This document shows, one piece after another, positions 1-11,535 of a DNA stretch of 64,000 bases. The position numbers were made by a program, and so were the translations under genes. Each line of letters opens with the position of its first letter. The stretch's first letter is position 1. This DNA comes from Schizochytrium sp. TIO01. Its lineage: Eukaryota > Protista > Bigyra: Labyrinthulomycetes. The stretch lies in contig SMSO01000025.1 of assembly GCA_004764695.1 (NCBI GenBank), positions 5,620,862-5,684,861 on the forward strand. The letters are read 5' to 3'. The notes under the pieces were generated by a model that did no database searches, had not been told where the DNA came from, and saw only the letters and a list, made by a program, of their open reading frames with translations.

Positions 1-256
1 GCCGACATGGGATCTCAACAGAGAGTCAACGCCAACCCGGTCTGTACTAGGTATACCAATCTTTTCGAAAAGCGTCATTTTTGGAGTCTTACAATTAGTC
101 AATAAAATTGCAACTACTAAAGCTGAGCGAAGACTGCCGGCACTATCAGCACAACTCTCGCTTGCTTTCAACAAGAAAAACCATGGTGCAAATAATAACG
201 ATGCTAATGTGCGCTCGGCACGCTTACGGTTGCATCGTGTGCACACTGTAACCCGT

Positions 257-1882
257 ATGGGTCATACTCGAAGTGCTTCAGCTGCAGCCGCTGTCCCTGA
301 TAATGAACCGTTCGATGAAACGGAAACCCCAGTAAATTCACCAATATCACCTTCCTCTGCTCTTAAGCCGGATGTGCCGCAGATACAGTGTCATCATTGT
401 ATGGGTCAGCTACCTTGTCGTAAGTGCGTGAAGAGGAAGGAGGCTGAAGAAAAAGAAAATCATCGCCGCTCTACCTCTGTTACATTCTATACTGAGTTTG
501 ATCTGAAAGTATGCAATCTTGTATGTGCCCGAATTACACAGTCCATGAGCACTCGAGCAGTGAATTTTCAGTATGACAAAGCAATTGCAGAGAGTAGTGA
601 TTCGTCTGGAGTGCTCCGTTCACTTCTCCAAGATCAGACAAATATGAACGAAGAAGATACTGTGGCTGAATTATTAACTGCAGAAGCTGAGGACTATAAA
701 GTTGCATTCAAAGCCATCGGAAAGTTCATGCGCGTAATCCAATCTAAACGTGACAGCAATGGATCAAGTTACAGAGGTCGCTCGCGTCGCTGGTCACTAA
801 GTAGTGTCGGAGGCGCCTTAAATGTGGTCCTTGATGAAACATTCCGTGACCTTCTTCACTCACAGGCCTTACCATCTCGCGAACTACTTTGCTCCTTAAA
901 CTCCAGGCATGCAAAGATCTGTGGGGAATCAGACGAATCTACCTTTGGGAATTGGCATGTAGACATTCTTGGTTACCAAAATAAAGAGCTTGTGGAAGAA
1001 ATCACTTCCGCCATCTATCGTCTGGGTTTATGTCAGAAGTTTAATTTAGATCAGTCAAAAGTACACCCTTTTGTTGAGGCCATTCGGAGACGATACCTAG
1101 ACAATCCCTACCATAATTGGTTTCACGGAGCCCATGTCTTCCAGCAGGCCTATGCATTTTTGCTCAATACATCTGCGGCAGACGGGCTACACTACCATGA
1201 TATTCTTGCTTTAATGATTGCTTCTTTGTGTCATGATGTAGGCCATACGGGTCGCACAAACGACTTTGAGTGTAAGTCACTCTCTCCTCTTTCACTTCGT
1301 TATAACGATACATCAGTGCTTGAGAACTATCACGCAGCTCTCACCTTTGAAGTTCTTTTTAGCGAGGGTACAAATATCTTAAGCGCTGTGGCTCCCCCGA
1401 AAGTAAAAGAGATTCGACGAATCATCATCACCCTTATCCTTGCTACAGATATGAAAAACCATGCTAGTGTAGTCACAGCAATGAATTCATTAATCCTGGA
1501 TGATGAAACGATTCAAACTGTTCGGAATCAGGGTCCAATGCGACAAACACTTACCACCTTTATTCTTCATGCGTGTGATATCGGGGCTCAAACAGCACCA
1601 GTGCCAATTGCCATGAAATGGGCAGAGCTAGTCTTGAAAGAATTTCGAGAGCAAAATGAGGATGAGGTTAAGCAGAATTTGCCATTAACACCACATATGC
1701 AAAATTTGGATGACCCAAGCGTAGAAGCCAGGGTTCAAATAGGTTTCATTGATTACATTGTAGAACCCACATGGAAACTAATGGCAAGTTTTTTTCCCGA
1801 AATGCATTCATCATTATTGGAAAACATTGCAGCGAATCGTGCAGCATACGAAGAGAAATTGGAAAACTCAAAACAATCATGA
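257..1882 (+). CDS. Class I 3',5'-cyclic nucleotide phosphodiesterase (PDEase_I/HD domain)
   Basis: Motifs NPYHNWFH, LCHDVGHTGRTN, SVLENYH, LATDM, LHACDI, EFREQ and QIGFIDYIV occur in canonical order. First in-frame ATG is at 257 (ORF track starts at GTG 209); an upstream exon cannot be excluded. Confidence 0.93.
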   Translation: MGHTRSASAAAAVPDNEPFDETETPVNSPISPSSALKPDVPQIQCHHCMGQLPCRKCVKRKEAEEKENHRRSTSVTFYTEFDLKVCNLVCARITQSMSTRAVNFQYDKAIAESSDSSGVLRSLLQDQTNMNEEDTVAELLTAEAEDYKVAFKAIGKFMRVIQSKRDSNGSSYRGRSRRWSLSSVGGALNVVLDETFRDLLHSQALPSRELLCSLNSRHAKICGESDESTFGNWHVDILGYQNKELVEEITSAIYRLGLCQKFNLDQSKVHPFVEAIRRRYLDNPYHNWFHGAHVFQQAYAFLLNTSAADGLHYHDILALMIASLCHDVGHTGRTNDFECKSLSPLSLRYNDTSVLENYHAALTFEVLFSEGTNILSAVAPPKVKEIRRIIITLILATDMKNHASVVTAMNSLILDDETIQTVRNQGPMRQTLTTFILHACDIGAQTAPVPIAMKWAELVLKEFREQNEDEVKQNLPLTPHMQNLDDPSVEARVQIGFIDYIVEPTWKLMASFFPEMHSSLLENIAANRAAYEEKLENSKQS

Positions 1883-2568
1883 GTGCAAGAACGCATAATA
1901 CAAGAGGCAAGTTATGATGAGAATGTTGTTTTGCAAAGTAATAGCAAAGAAACAAGAGAATAGTTTCAGCAAATACATTCTTCAAATCTCTAGTGTACAA
2001 GTTTACAGCAATGATAATCAACTTCCCGTTTAATATTAAAAAATGATTTTTTCGATTAATTTTCAAAGAAAATGCCTTTAAACTCTCTTCGTAAAAAAAA
2101 AAAAAAAAAAAAAGGAAAAAAATCTGATTTTCTGAATCTACGTTGCTGTCGCGGCCACGCTGGAGTCATTTTGGGCTCCTTGACAAGAACAAAAGGAATC
2201 AAACAATATACGAAAGACTAGATACGGTGGAATAGACTTTTCTGTGGGCATGGTTGTTCTGAATTTGAAGAGAAATAAGGTTAATATGTTTATACCATAG
2301 TGTGACGAATAGGAACCAGAAACTCCGAGAGAAGAGATACTCAAGTTATATACATTGGATATAACGTAAATGAGTCCGGGAGTAGCAAACAAAATAAATT
2401 CGTTTTTAAGAAAAAGAAGTAGGGCGAGTTCTTTCAGGGTGTCTCTTGTGAAATGTGTGCAAATGATCAGCACGTGTGTGTATAGGACAAAATGCAAAGC
2501 TATCATTCTAGTACCGTTATGCTTACTGACGGGAATTAATGCCTTTTATTAAAGGTGGCATGCTTGAA

Positions 2569-4599
2569 CTATTCGTGGTCATTTGCAACTCTTGATGGAG
2601 AGGATGGTGTAGCGTCTTGAAATTTCGAAGATGAAGAAGAGGACGTAGAGGATGATTTGCCTTGAGTTTTGCTTTGACCCTTGGCAGAAGCTTGACTTTG
2701 TGCCGAACCCGCACTATTACCTGCACCTGCAGGTTGCAAAGTGTTAATTACTTCACGAGTTCCTCGGCGAAAGCGTACTGCCTCACGGATTTTGTCCGCA
2801 TGCTTGACCCATTTAGAGATATTCGGGCGTGGAATACTAAGCTGTCGAGCCAAGTGTGTCATAGATTTGTTATCCCCAAGTTTGTCGTACATGTCAAGTA
2901 CCATTGCCTTAAACTCCGGATCATAGGTGCGGGCACGACTTCCGAGACGCGCTCCGCGTCGTCTTGTGTTCTTTCGCGAGCTTCCATCATCGTCGTCATC
3001 GTCATCGTCGTCATCTCGGTTCAGGTTTGAGAGTTCCATTTTCATGTGGTTTGGGGATCCCAAGTTAGCATGGCTCATTGGGGTTGTTGCGTCTGTAACA
3101 GAATTTGGTGAGCCAATTGTAGCTAGATTATTTGTTTGATTTGGGCCATTCTTCTTGCCTGTCTGGACGCTTTTACCTGAGTGTGTAGCTTGTGCTGCGG
3201 AACTGCTAGCAGTAGCTCCGTTATTGCTACGAGCGGCCGTGTTTTTGCCACCAGACAGCTTAGCCTTCTTCCTGTTGCTGTTGCTTTTGGTGGTGTTATT
3301 TGATGAGGCTGAAACTGAACTCTTCGCGCCGTTCTTATCAGTAGAATTTCCTTTACCCAATTTGGACGTTGCCCCTACCTCAGGAACAGCATCTCCATTC
3401 ACTTGAGCGCCTGTATATATCGTAGATGCTGCAAGCAACTTATAGTGATCGTTGTTCGAAGAACTATCGAGCTTCGTAGCAGTAGTGATTGATTTTTCGC
3501 GGAGCTCAGCTTCATACGGAGGTGGGACACTGGCTGCGCTAAAGCGAAAAATTTGCTCTAGCTCGCGGGCTTGGTCACTAAATACGGCCTTACAGTATGT
3601 GCAATAAACCTCATCGTGGTATTCCGGACTGAGTAATCTCGGCAAATCAGCTATGTTGGTGTGTAAAGCTTTGGATTTTCCATCATATACAGTGACAGTG
3701 CGTCCGTCAATCACGAAGCGAACACTTCCAAAATCAAAGCGATGCAGGGGGCTGCGATAATCTGCAGGTGCTGGACCATGCACAGGGAGTCCCTGAAGAG
3801 CATAGAGAAGAGCTGCAGATTCGCTGTATGCCTTGTGGCGCTGCAAATCATATACTACACACCTCTCGATGCGATGGGCAAGCAGCTCAAGAGCAGGACA
3901 CGGACCCTTGGTTTTGCCACGCTTCCGTTTTTTAGTACCGGGGGGGGCGACACATGGATTAGGACCCTCCTTGAAGCTTTCTTTCCCAAAGTTCTCCGAT
4001 GCAGTAGCTTTTGTGAGTGCAGATCGAGTTTCTGAGAGCTGCTGCGTATTCCTATCTCTCCTTTCCAGGAGTTTGGAGAGATGTTTAATTGTAGCAGTAC
4101 ATTCTTTCAAGAACTCGTCCATAAGCGTAGTGTACTGATTTCTATCATTCCACTCCGATATATCTTGATTGACTGAATTCATCGAGTGACTACATGCCAC
4201 AATCTTTTCCTTCGTGACCTTGATCTCCTCATTGAGCGTTGCCATTTCATACACTAGTAGCCTCTCTTGAGCAATCAAGGACTCCACATCGCCTGCAAGC
4301 CCAGGATTCTCACTCTCAGCCCTCGCATTTGACTTCGCTTCTGACAGAATCCTTGCTGCTTCTCCAACCAGGTTTTCATGGTCATCCAGTTGATTGTGTT
4401 GATGCTGCTCCTGCTGCTGGTGTTGCTGCTGATTCCGATTCTGAGACTGCTGCTTGCGCTGCGACTTTCCTGCATCAAATTCTTCTGGTCGCGAGGATTT
4501 TCCCTTCTTCGGCTCGGACTCAGATCTCGCGTTGGTCTTAAGCTGCAGCAGCACAGATGCCATATCTGAGCCGCCGTCGCTGCTCCGGGTCTGAGGCAT
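2569..4599 (-). CDS. Coiled-coil/low-complexity protein with C-terminal CENP-B-N/Brinker-like helix-turn-helix DNA-binding domain
   Basis: 676-aa ORF from ATG. C-terminal RTYDPEFKAMVLDMY...SMTHLARQLSIPRPNISKWVK matches the psq/CENP-B/Brk HTH pattern. NLS-like KKRKR is present. Confidence 0.7.
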   Translation of the reverse strand: MPQTRSSDGGSDMASVLLQLKTNARSESEPKKGKSSRPEEFDAGKSQRKQQSQNRNQQQHQQQEQHQHNQLDDHENLVGEAARILSEAKSNARAESENPGLAGDVESLIAQERLLVYEMATLNEEIKVTKEKIVACSHSMNSVNQDISEWNDRNQYTTLMDEFLKECTATIKHLSKLLERRDRNTQQLSETRSALTKATASENFGKESFKEGPNPCVAPPGTKKRKRGKTKGPCPALELLAHRIERCVVYDLQRHKAYSESAALLYALQGLPVHGPAPADYRSPLHRFDFGSVRFVIDGRTVTVYDGKSKALHTNIADLPRLLSPEYHDEVYCTYCKAVFSDQARELEQIFRFSAASVPPPYEAELREKSITTATKLDSSSNNDHYKLLAASTIYTGAQVNGDAVPEVGATSKLGKGNSTDKNGAKSSVSASSNNTTKSNSNRKKAKLSGGKNTAARSNNGATASSSAAQATHSGKSVQTGKKNGPNQTNNLATIGSPNSVTDATTPMSHANLGSPNHMKMELSNLNRDDDDDDDDDDGSSRKNTRRRGARLGSRARTYDPEFKAMVLDMYDKLGDNKSMTHLARQLSIPRPNISKWVKHADKIREAVRFRRGTREVINTLQPAGAGNSAGSAQSQASAKGQSKTQGKSSSTSSSSSSKFQDATPSSPSRVANDHE

Positions 4600-6865
4600 C
4601 TCGAATCAGTCACGCCTCTGCTGCCAGTGTGTCAAAGAGACCCTCGCTCCACGCTAGTGCCCCTCTACAGCGCTCGCTTCCAACCGCCGTGGCCTTCAGG
4701 ACGACTCCTACGTGCTTTTCCACAGGTGGATCGATAGATAGATCGATCAATCGATCGATTTGTTTATTGTTTGTTTGACTGATTGATTGTTTATTCACTT
4801 TCTGTGAACAAATTGTATCTATCTTCTTCTATAATATGAATTTTATTTAGCTATTGGATACTTTTAGTAGCATTCAAGAACAGGAATCTCTGCTGCTACT
4901 TTGTTTCTTCGCTTCTCTTCTAATCCGTATCTGCCGTTTGATGCTTCGTTTGATCTCGCATGGTTTCTGCTGGAGATGGATACTAGCTACCTAGCCACCG
5001 CATCGTTTCTATTCCCGTGGTCTCTGCTGTGAATGCATGTCCTCGCTCAATTTTGGTTTTCTAGTATCCAAGAAGCTAGTAAAAAACGCTAACCTTTACT
5101 AGCGCCCAACTAGGGTCGCAGGTAGTTTCGTCATTCATTCCACAAATGGTGTGTCTTTGCATAGCTTCTAGGCCTTAGTTGTGGTCTTCTTCATTGGCTT
5201 GTCCTCCTCTCGATCCGAGTCTAGGCATCAAGACAACTGTCCATTTACGCGAGCTTATTCGTAGTGCAGACTCTTCCCGCATGCACACCGTAGTTTCTAT
5301 TTCAATTTATATTATGCGTCTCCTCAGAGTCATTCGCTTGCTTATTTCTATGCTCGTTCACCAAAATTGAACTACAATTAGCCTTTATCGATTACTCTTT
5401 GCCTGGCAGAGCTCGAGATAGAATGGAGGGTGAATATCTATCCCACTCTCACCTCTGCTCTCGTGTTCCTCAGAGCCCCTTAGTCAAGTCCAGACGGATT
5501 ATGCATGAGAACAAGAACTTTGAAGGAAACAAGGATGGAGTAACTGGGATCTTAAAATATTAAACATCTATAAAAGTTTTTTTTTAAGGGAAAGGATCCT
5601 ATATTCATCATATATACATCATCTATGCAAGGAATCCCATGAGATCCGCCATAATGGTCTTCAGGATGTTCTTCTCCCTTGCTGTTCATGAATGTTTGGA
5701 GACCCTATTCGCAAGGCCTTTCTCTTTTGCTTTTCTCTTTTGCTTTGCATTCTATACAACTTGAAAACAAAATCAACAACGGAAAATAAAGTAGAAAAGC
5801 ATGTGTTTCTTTCTGCTTTAGTAAAAAGAAAATACAACTAAAACCAGGGTTAGAATCGCGCGAGCAGCGCCTTGCAGAAGCGCGGCCTTCTTGTATGAAA
5901 TTGCAACGCAAACTGTTCATAATCATTCACTCTCAAACCCTCAAACTCTAAACCTGAAATGAGGGGAAACTGAGGAGATCCATTCACCTTTCTTTGTACA
6001 TGTGTGCTAATGTCTATTACATTAATCAATATGGCATCTCAAAGGCACCAAACCTTGGCTTCAAAGGCTTGCGCGCTCATATCGCGTGGCTTAGCCTGGC
6101 CTGGATACCCCCATCGTCTGAGTGGTGGTGTCGGAGAAGTCTTACCCGGATTCAGGCAGGCATCACGAGAACGAAATTCACCATGGACCATACTGGTAAG
6201 AAAGGTTTGTTCGGCAGGGCGCTAGTACCTGCTAAGAACGCGAAAAGCGTTCTTTCCAGAACGTGCTTCACAAGCCATGGAGGAGACAGCGGATAGGACT
6301 CCTCCTCGAAGGAGCATCAGCAGCTTCAACCTCGATAGATCCTCATGGAGTGCGCCGAATCGGCTTATGCGTTACGATCAATACTGACTTGCTCAGCGCA
6401 GAGAGCGGTTTTCACAAAATTGCGGAAAGTCTATTCCTCATAGTTACTAATCCGACCGAGATACTGCCCAACATTCTTTGTGGAATCCGCGTGCTCGTGC
6501 TCGCTATGCATAAGGCAGCTTTGCAAAACGTCAGGCGCATAACTCGGCACCAACCAGTATTTTCAGGTCCACCTTTAGAGGAGTTTTGGACATTATTGCA
6601 ATTGCAGAATCGTCTACCACTTTCTACCTTCTAAATCCAGCTCTAGTCTGACGTACCTCATGAATTCTCCCGAAAGCCTCAACGATTACGAGCTCGACTG
6701 GAGGCGCTAATCATGCTCATTGCAGGGCGTCTCGCAACGATACGAGTTTACAGAGCAGATCAAATCTACCTACCTACCTACATGTGTTCTATTGCGAACT
6801 CAAGTCTCCGAATACCTCGACATCGAACCCCTGGATAGATGGCTACACTACAGCCGTCCATCGTC

Positions 6866-6866
<1 letters not shown>

Positions 6867-6940
<74 letters not shown>
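6867..6940. repeat. (CTG)n microsatellite, about 24-25 units
   Basis: Perfect CTG run read directly. Confidence 0.97.
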
Positions 6941-6943
<3 letters not shown>

Positions 6944-7485
6944 AGTGTCGCGAAATACACCTCAATCTCGCTCCTCCACCAAACCGCCGCAACGACTGAT
7001 GCAGAACGCTGTCGATGTGAAGTGTCTCGAAATTGCACAACCTTTCTCTGAGCCCCACAAGTTTTCCCTTTTCCCAATAAACAGAGATGGCACTGCGGAG
7101 CACAGGCACATTTAAGGGATAAGGTATAAAGACCGCTTATTTGGTTCGTTCGCAGACCGACCGAAGAAAAGAAAGTAATTGTAATTGAGCTCCTAATACC
7201 GGGCATCTCGCTTCTGGGCACCCCGAGTAGGCAGGCCTAGGCGTAACGGTAGGACTCGGTTCTTAGAAACGACCATGTGCATAGAACCCAGACTTAGAAG
7301 GGTGCGCACCGTGAGAAAACAGGCTTCGAAAGGGAAGTGAGGAGAGCTTTAGCAGGCTATCTTTGGAGGTACGCGAAGCAGAAGCAATCCAAACCTGATT
7401 CGTGACAGCGGCGGTAGGCTGAAGAAAGCTTTTAGACAACGGAAGAGAAGAAAGCAGATTGCATGCATGCAGAAACGAGGCAAGA

Positions 7486-8472
7486 ATGCTTGGAAACAAC
7501 ATGGAGCTGTCGGAAAATGTGAGGCGTGAGCGCCTGAACTCCGACACTGATGCATTTGTGAAGGATATGTCTTCCAAGGCCAGACCAACCTCCACGTTGA
7601 GGAAGGAAATCCACATCCATGGAGCCAAACGTCTCGAGAAGGCATCACAGGCAGTAGACGTACCGGCGGGTGGCGTTGAGAGCGGAACACCACCCTGCTT
7701 CGTACGAATGATGTGGTGCTTTATGCCGGCGCGATGGCAAGAACCACGCCCTGTGGAAGCTCGGATTCTCTCTTACGTCTCGATGGGCATTTCCATTCTT
7801 GCATGTCTCATTGGATTCATTATGTCATATATCACGATGAGCTCTGCAATGCTTGCATTTGCTCTTGAGAATTTGGTTGATGTCTTAAGCTCTTTTGTGG
7901 TGATCTGGAGATTTTCTGAGTCCTCTGCGGCCCAGAATGTAAAAATTGAAGAGCGCGAACTTCGGGCTAGCGTAGGCATCGGCTTGAGTTTTCTACTGAC
8001 AGGTGCTGTTGTTCTTGTTGACTCAACCATGCATCTTACCGAACGTGAGGCTATTAAAGACGCTTCAGTATTGTTGTGGCTATCGATCCCCAGCTGCATC
8101 CTGCTTGGTGCGGTCGGTCTAGTTAAAGTGTACGTTGCGAAAAAATTGCACAGTGGGGCACTCTTCGAAGATGGTATCTGTTCTCTTGGCTCCTCCACGA
8201 TCAGTATGAGCATTTGGATTTCTATCATTGTTCATGATGCGCACCCACGCGTATGGTACATCGACGGCGTTGTTGCATTTGCCATCGGCGCTGGTTTTGT
8301 TTTGTATGGCCTTTACATCGTCCGTTGTCACAGGTGGTGGACGCCAGCTTTTTGGCGCGGAGCTGTTGTTGATGGAAAAGTTCACATGAAAGTATACTCT
8401 AGAGACCAATACTTGCAAAAAGTATCTAACAAACCTCCTCTGTCTTTTGGAGAGGGTGTTGCATATGTTTGA
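7486..8472 (+). CDS. TMEM163-like cation-efflux (CDF) family membrane transporter
   Basis: About six hydrophobic helices, with SSAMLAFALENLVDVLSSFVVIWRF, ERELRASVGIG, SGALFEDGICS and VWYIDGVVA. First ATG at 7486. Confidence 0.8.
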   Translation: MLGNNMELSENVRRERLNSDTDAFVKDMSSKARPTSTLRKEIHIHGAKRLEKASQAVDVPAGGVESGTPPCFVRMMWCFMPARWQEPRPVEARILSYVSMGISILACLIGFIMSYITMSSAMLAFALENLVDVLSSFVVIWRFSESSAAQNVKIEERELRASVGIGLSFLLTGAVVLVDSTMHLTEREAIKDASVLLWLSIPSCILLGAVGLVKVYVAKKLHSGALFEDGICSLGSSTISMSIWISIIVHDAHPRVWYIDGVVAFAIGAGFVLYGLYIVRCHRWWTPAFWRGAVVDGKVHMKVYSRDQYLQKVSNKPPLSFGEGVAYV

Positions 8473-9021
8473 GCTCAGCATTCGCTTCTGGCAACAGTTA
8501 AATCAAGAAAACTATGCATTAACCCTTGACCTAGATGCATGCTAAAAAGCAGCGACCGTGCCGTTTAAAACATTAATTTAGCTACCTACATCCTACTTTT
8601 TAGCACACAAGTTTGAAAATATATGGCCAACTCGATGAACGCAGAGATTGCATAAATTCTAGCACCAAGACCTTGAAGAATTTTTATCACAACAGAGTGT
8701 AGACGTTTCAGAACTAGAAGTAATATTAGTAACATTAGCAGCACGATATATTGTATCTAAATAAATAAACAAAACCAAACATGGTTGATTTCAAGCTGCT
8801 TTGATTTGTGTTTGCTGATACTTCAAATGTGTTTAAAGGAGTAGGCTATGTCCAGCTTGGTATAATGGCTTTTTTTAGTGTATGGGCATGAGCTATAATA
8901 AATCTAGAGATAAATACACGACCACGCCAAAAAGAAGGTCATATAAGATCATTTGAGAAAAAACCTCGTTTTGCTTGAACAACAATAATAACGGTTGACA
9001 ATGTAATTAAATGTGTATAAA

Positions 9022-9200
9022 TCTATATTTTTTAAGGAGCGATGCAAAAATACCAACAAGGGAATAATTGTGGAATTGTATGAAAATCTGAAGCAGATAA
9101 TATGTGTCATCTTCTATATTTTTGGGGGAGCGATGCAATTTCCAAAAGGGGAATAATTGTGGTAATTAGATGAGGATCTGAAGCAGATAACATGTGTCGT
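9022..9200. repeat. Diverged tandem duplication of about 91 bp spanning the stop codon of the cysteine dioxygenase-like gene
   Basis: TCTATATTTT..GGAGCGATGCAA..GGGAATAATTGTGG..ATCTGAAGCAGATAA.ATGTGTC occurs starting at 9022 and again at 9113. Confidence 0.85.
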
Positions 9201-11535
9201 TTCCAACGTTGTGAAATGATCCGCTCAAAAGATTGGAGATATACACGGAAGAACGGGGAGTGAGCATTGTGGTATGTACTTCTTGATCATTCAGGAATTG
9301 GCTGTGCAGAACTTCGCCTTGAAGAACCTTAATCCATGAGCAGTTTGTCGGAATCTCACGGGGAGTTTGTTCATGGGGCTCAAAACGGTGCAGTACAAGT
9401 CGATAGTTGCTACCCCGGGCAATAAGTGAGGTGTTGGGAGAGTTCGCACCCAGCGGCATAAACTCCATCCATTCATCAGCGTTGATGTTCATGCGGTCAA
9501 GAGCACGAAGCACATGACGATGGGCAGCCTCATCCTTGAGACCACGAATGACAATAAATCGAGAAAGTGCGTTGAGGTTTGTGAAGACGTTTCGATCTTG
9601 GTCTTGCTCAAAGAAAGACAGCAAGCGGTTCACAGACGCTTCCTCGTTGTCATCTTCCTCCATTGCATCATCAAAACTACTGCCTGTAGAACGCGAGCGT
9701 TTGATAACACGATCACAGATCGAAATAGGGTCTGCTGAGCAGCAACGCTTGGTTGAGGTTGCGGAATGTACAACTGGAATAACGCGATCAACACCGCTGC
9801 TATCGAGGTAAGCCATCTGCACAAATGGAGGTGAGTAAAGGTGCAAGGTTACTGCAGGATCCTTTTCGTCCTCATTTTGCAACATATGAATGCCCTTAAA
9901 GAGCTCACAGTCAATGCTGGCTCCCTCGTGAAAGGTAAGAGACTCGATAAGAACAGGGTTCGTAGCCGATCCAGTGTAGCGCTTTAGAACAATGGATCCA
10001 CGTAGAACTTTGACCCAACTACATACAGAAGTTCCATGTGTGTGAATTGGGGTACCCTGGCCAATGTTCCAACAGAGTACCATGAGAGAGAAGTCTGCTT
10101 CCAGTGCAACTAGAGAGCGGGTATACCGATATGCGTCAAAGTGTACGAACTCAGCCCACTCATGCTCTTGCAAAACAAGGTTTTCCACAAGGCGGCCAAT
10201 CTCATTGCACTGATCTCTGTGCACGGCATCCCGAACGCGCTTGTAAAAATCAGTAAGTTTGATGCTGTTCTGATTAGTGATCGTAAGAGGGTTGCTGGGA
10301 ATACGGGCCGCAGCCATAGATCCGGTGCGGCGTTCACCAGTGACAGGATCAAAAAGCTGACAAAGTACGTACGGAGGTGCATACACGTGGAGAGAGGCTG
10401 AGACCTGGTCAGGATCCGGGTTTCCCATGCTGTGTACACCCAGGGTATCATTGATGTAGCAGGTTCCTTGGGGACCAACGGTCAAGTCACGAGTAACAAC
10501 AGGCTTGCCACTTGATGTATCATAGCGAATCTCCCGTACCTTGCCCTTGAGCACCTTGACCCAACAGGAGCTACCGGCATGGTCATGAATGGGAGACATT
10601 TGGCCCTTGTCCCAACAGAGGATGAGAACCGTAAACTTAGCACGACCTTCATCACCCGGAACATCGTATCCAACAAGATTTCGAGTGTAAGCTTTATTGT
10701 GGAAGCGCAGATAACGAGCATATTCACGTTCGTCGATGCGTACGGCCTCAAGAAGATTGGTGATCCGCGCAATGTGGTCTTCGGAATGGAACTCCCCAGG
10801 CTTGATGCTCTCGACCTCATGATGCAAAAGCTCGATGAGGTCGCGAAAGTTAGTGTAGAGACGGAGTGACTTTTTACAAACGGTGGATTTCTTGAGCATG
10901 TGCTGTCTGCTCACAACTCGCGACACAGAAGCACCGCGCTCGGCATCTGTGACAGAGTGTACACCTTGGCAAAGCACAAGCTTACGGTTCGCTGTGCAGT
11001 TGCACTTGGTAGGGTGGCAAACCATGTTAGCGACCTCAGTCAGGTAGACATGTACGGAAAGGCTTCCCGGGCGTCCCGAAAGCTCGACACTGTCAGCAGC
11101 GATGATGGGTTCACCGTCATTTTCAATAGCGGAATCGTTGACAAACGCCTCACCCTCGAGGACCCAGCTCCATACCTTTTCACAGACATGTGCGTGTCCG
11201 TACTTGTCGAGGCCATCGCCCCAGCGAATGACAACTGCACTAAGTTGCGGATTTTGGAACACAAGGCTAACTTGGCCAGGGTTGATCATCCACTCCTCCA
11301 CAGACTTGTTTTTCTTTACGAACCAGTCTTGCATGAAAGTACCAATGCTGCTTGTCGTTGACTTTCCATGGTCAAAGCACCATTTTGTCAAGGCTTGTGA
11401 AAAGTCCATACTGTTGTTATTGCTCATATCGCATTCCTCTGGACTTTTGCAAGAACCATGAGAAACCTTGCCCCGGGCGTTCTCGCAACACTTGCTTTCC
11501 TCGGGATCATGTGCAGCAACTTTTGTAAGCACCAT
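9166..11535 (-). CDS. Multi-domain cysteine dioxygenase (CDO_I)-like protein: two intact and two degenerate cupin repeats
   Basis: Domain motifs YTRNLV..ILCW..GQMSPIHDH..SSCWVKVLKG..GVHSMGN..SLHVYAPP and YTRSLV..VLCW..GQGTPIHTH..WVKVLRG..GIHMLQN..TLHLYSPP. First ATG at 11535. Confidence 0.88.
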   Translation of the reverse strand: MVLTKVAAHDPEESKCCENARGKVSHGSCKSPEECDMSNNNSMDFSQALTKWCFDHGKSTTSSIGTFMQDWFVKKNKSVEEWMINPGQVSLVFQNPQLSAVVIRWGDGLDKYGHAHVCEKVWSWVLEGEAFVNDSAIENDGEPIIAADSVELSGRPGSLSVHVYLTEVANMVCHPTKCNCTANRKLVLCQGVHSVTDAERGASVSRVVSRQHMLKKSTVCKKSLRLYTNFRDLIELLHHEVESIKPGEFHSEDHIARITNLLEAVRIDEREYARYLRFHNKAYTRNLVGYDVPGDEGRAKFTVLILCWDKGQMSPIHDHAGSSCWVKVLKGKVREIRYDTSSGKPVVTRDLTVGPQGTCYINDTLGVHSMGNPDPDQVSASLHVYAPPYVLCQLFDPVTGERRTGSMAAARIPSNPLTITNQNSIKLTDFYKRVRDAVHRDQCNEIGRLVENLVLQEHEWAEFVHFDAYRYTRSLVALEADFSLMVLCWNIGQGTPIHTHGTSVCSWVKVLRGSIVLKRYTGSATNPVLIESLTFHEGASIDCELFKGIHMLQNEDEKDPAVTLHLYSPPFVQMAYLDSSGVDRVIPVVHSATSTKRCCSADPISICDRVIKRSRSTGSSFDDAMEEDDNEEASVNRLLSFFEQDQDRNVFTNLNALSRFIVIRGLKDEAAHRHVLRALDRMNINADEWMEFMPLGANSPNTSLIARGSNYRLVLHRFEPHEQTPREIPTNCSWIKVLQGEVLHSQFLNDQEVHTTMLTPRSSVYISNLLSGSFHNVGNDTCYLLQILI

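Noticed and set aside
6720-7221. PolyQ/polyA/polyL/polyC ORFs
   Set aside because: By-products of the (CTG)n microsatellite; no other coding signal.
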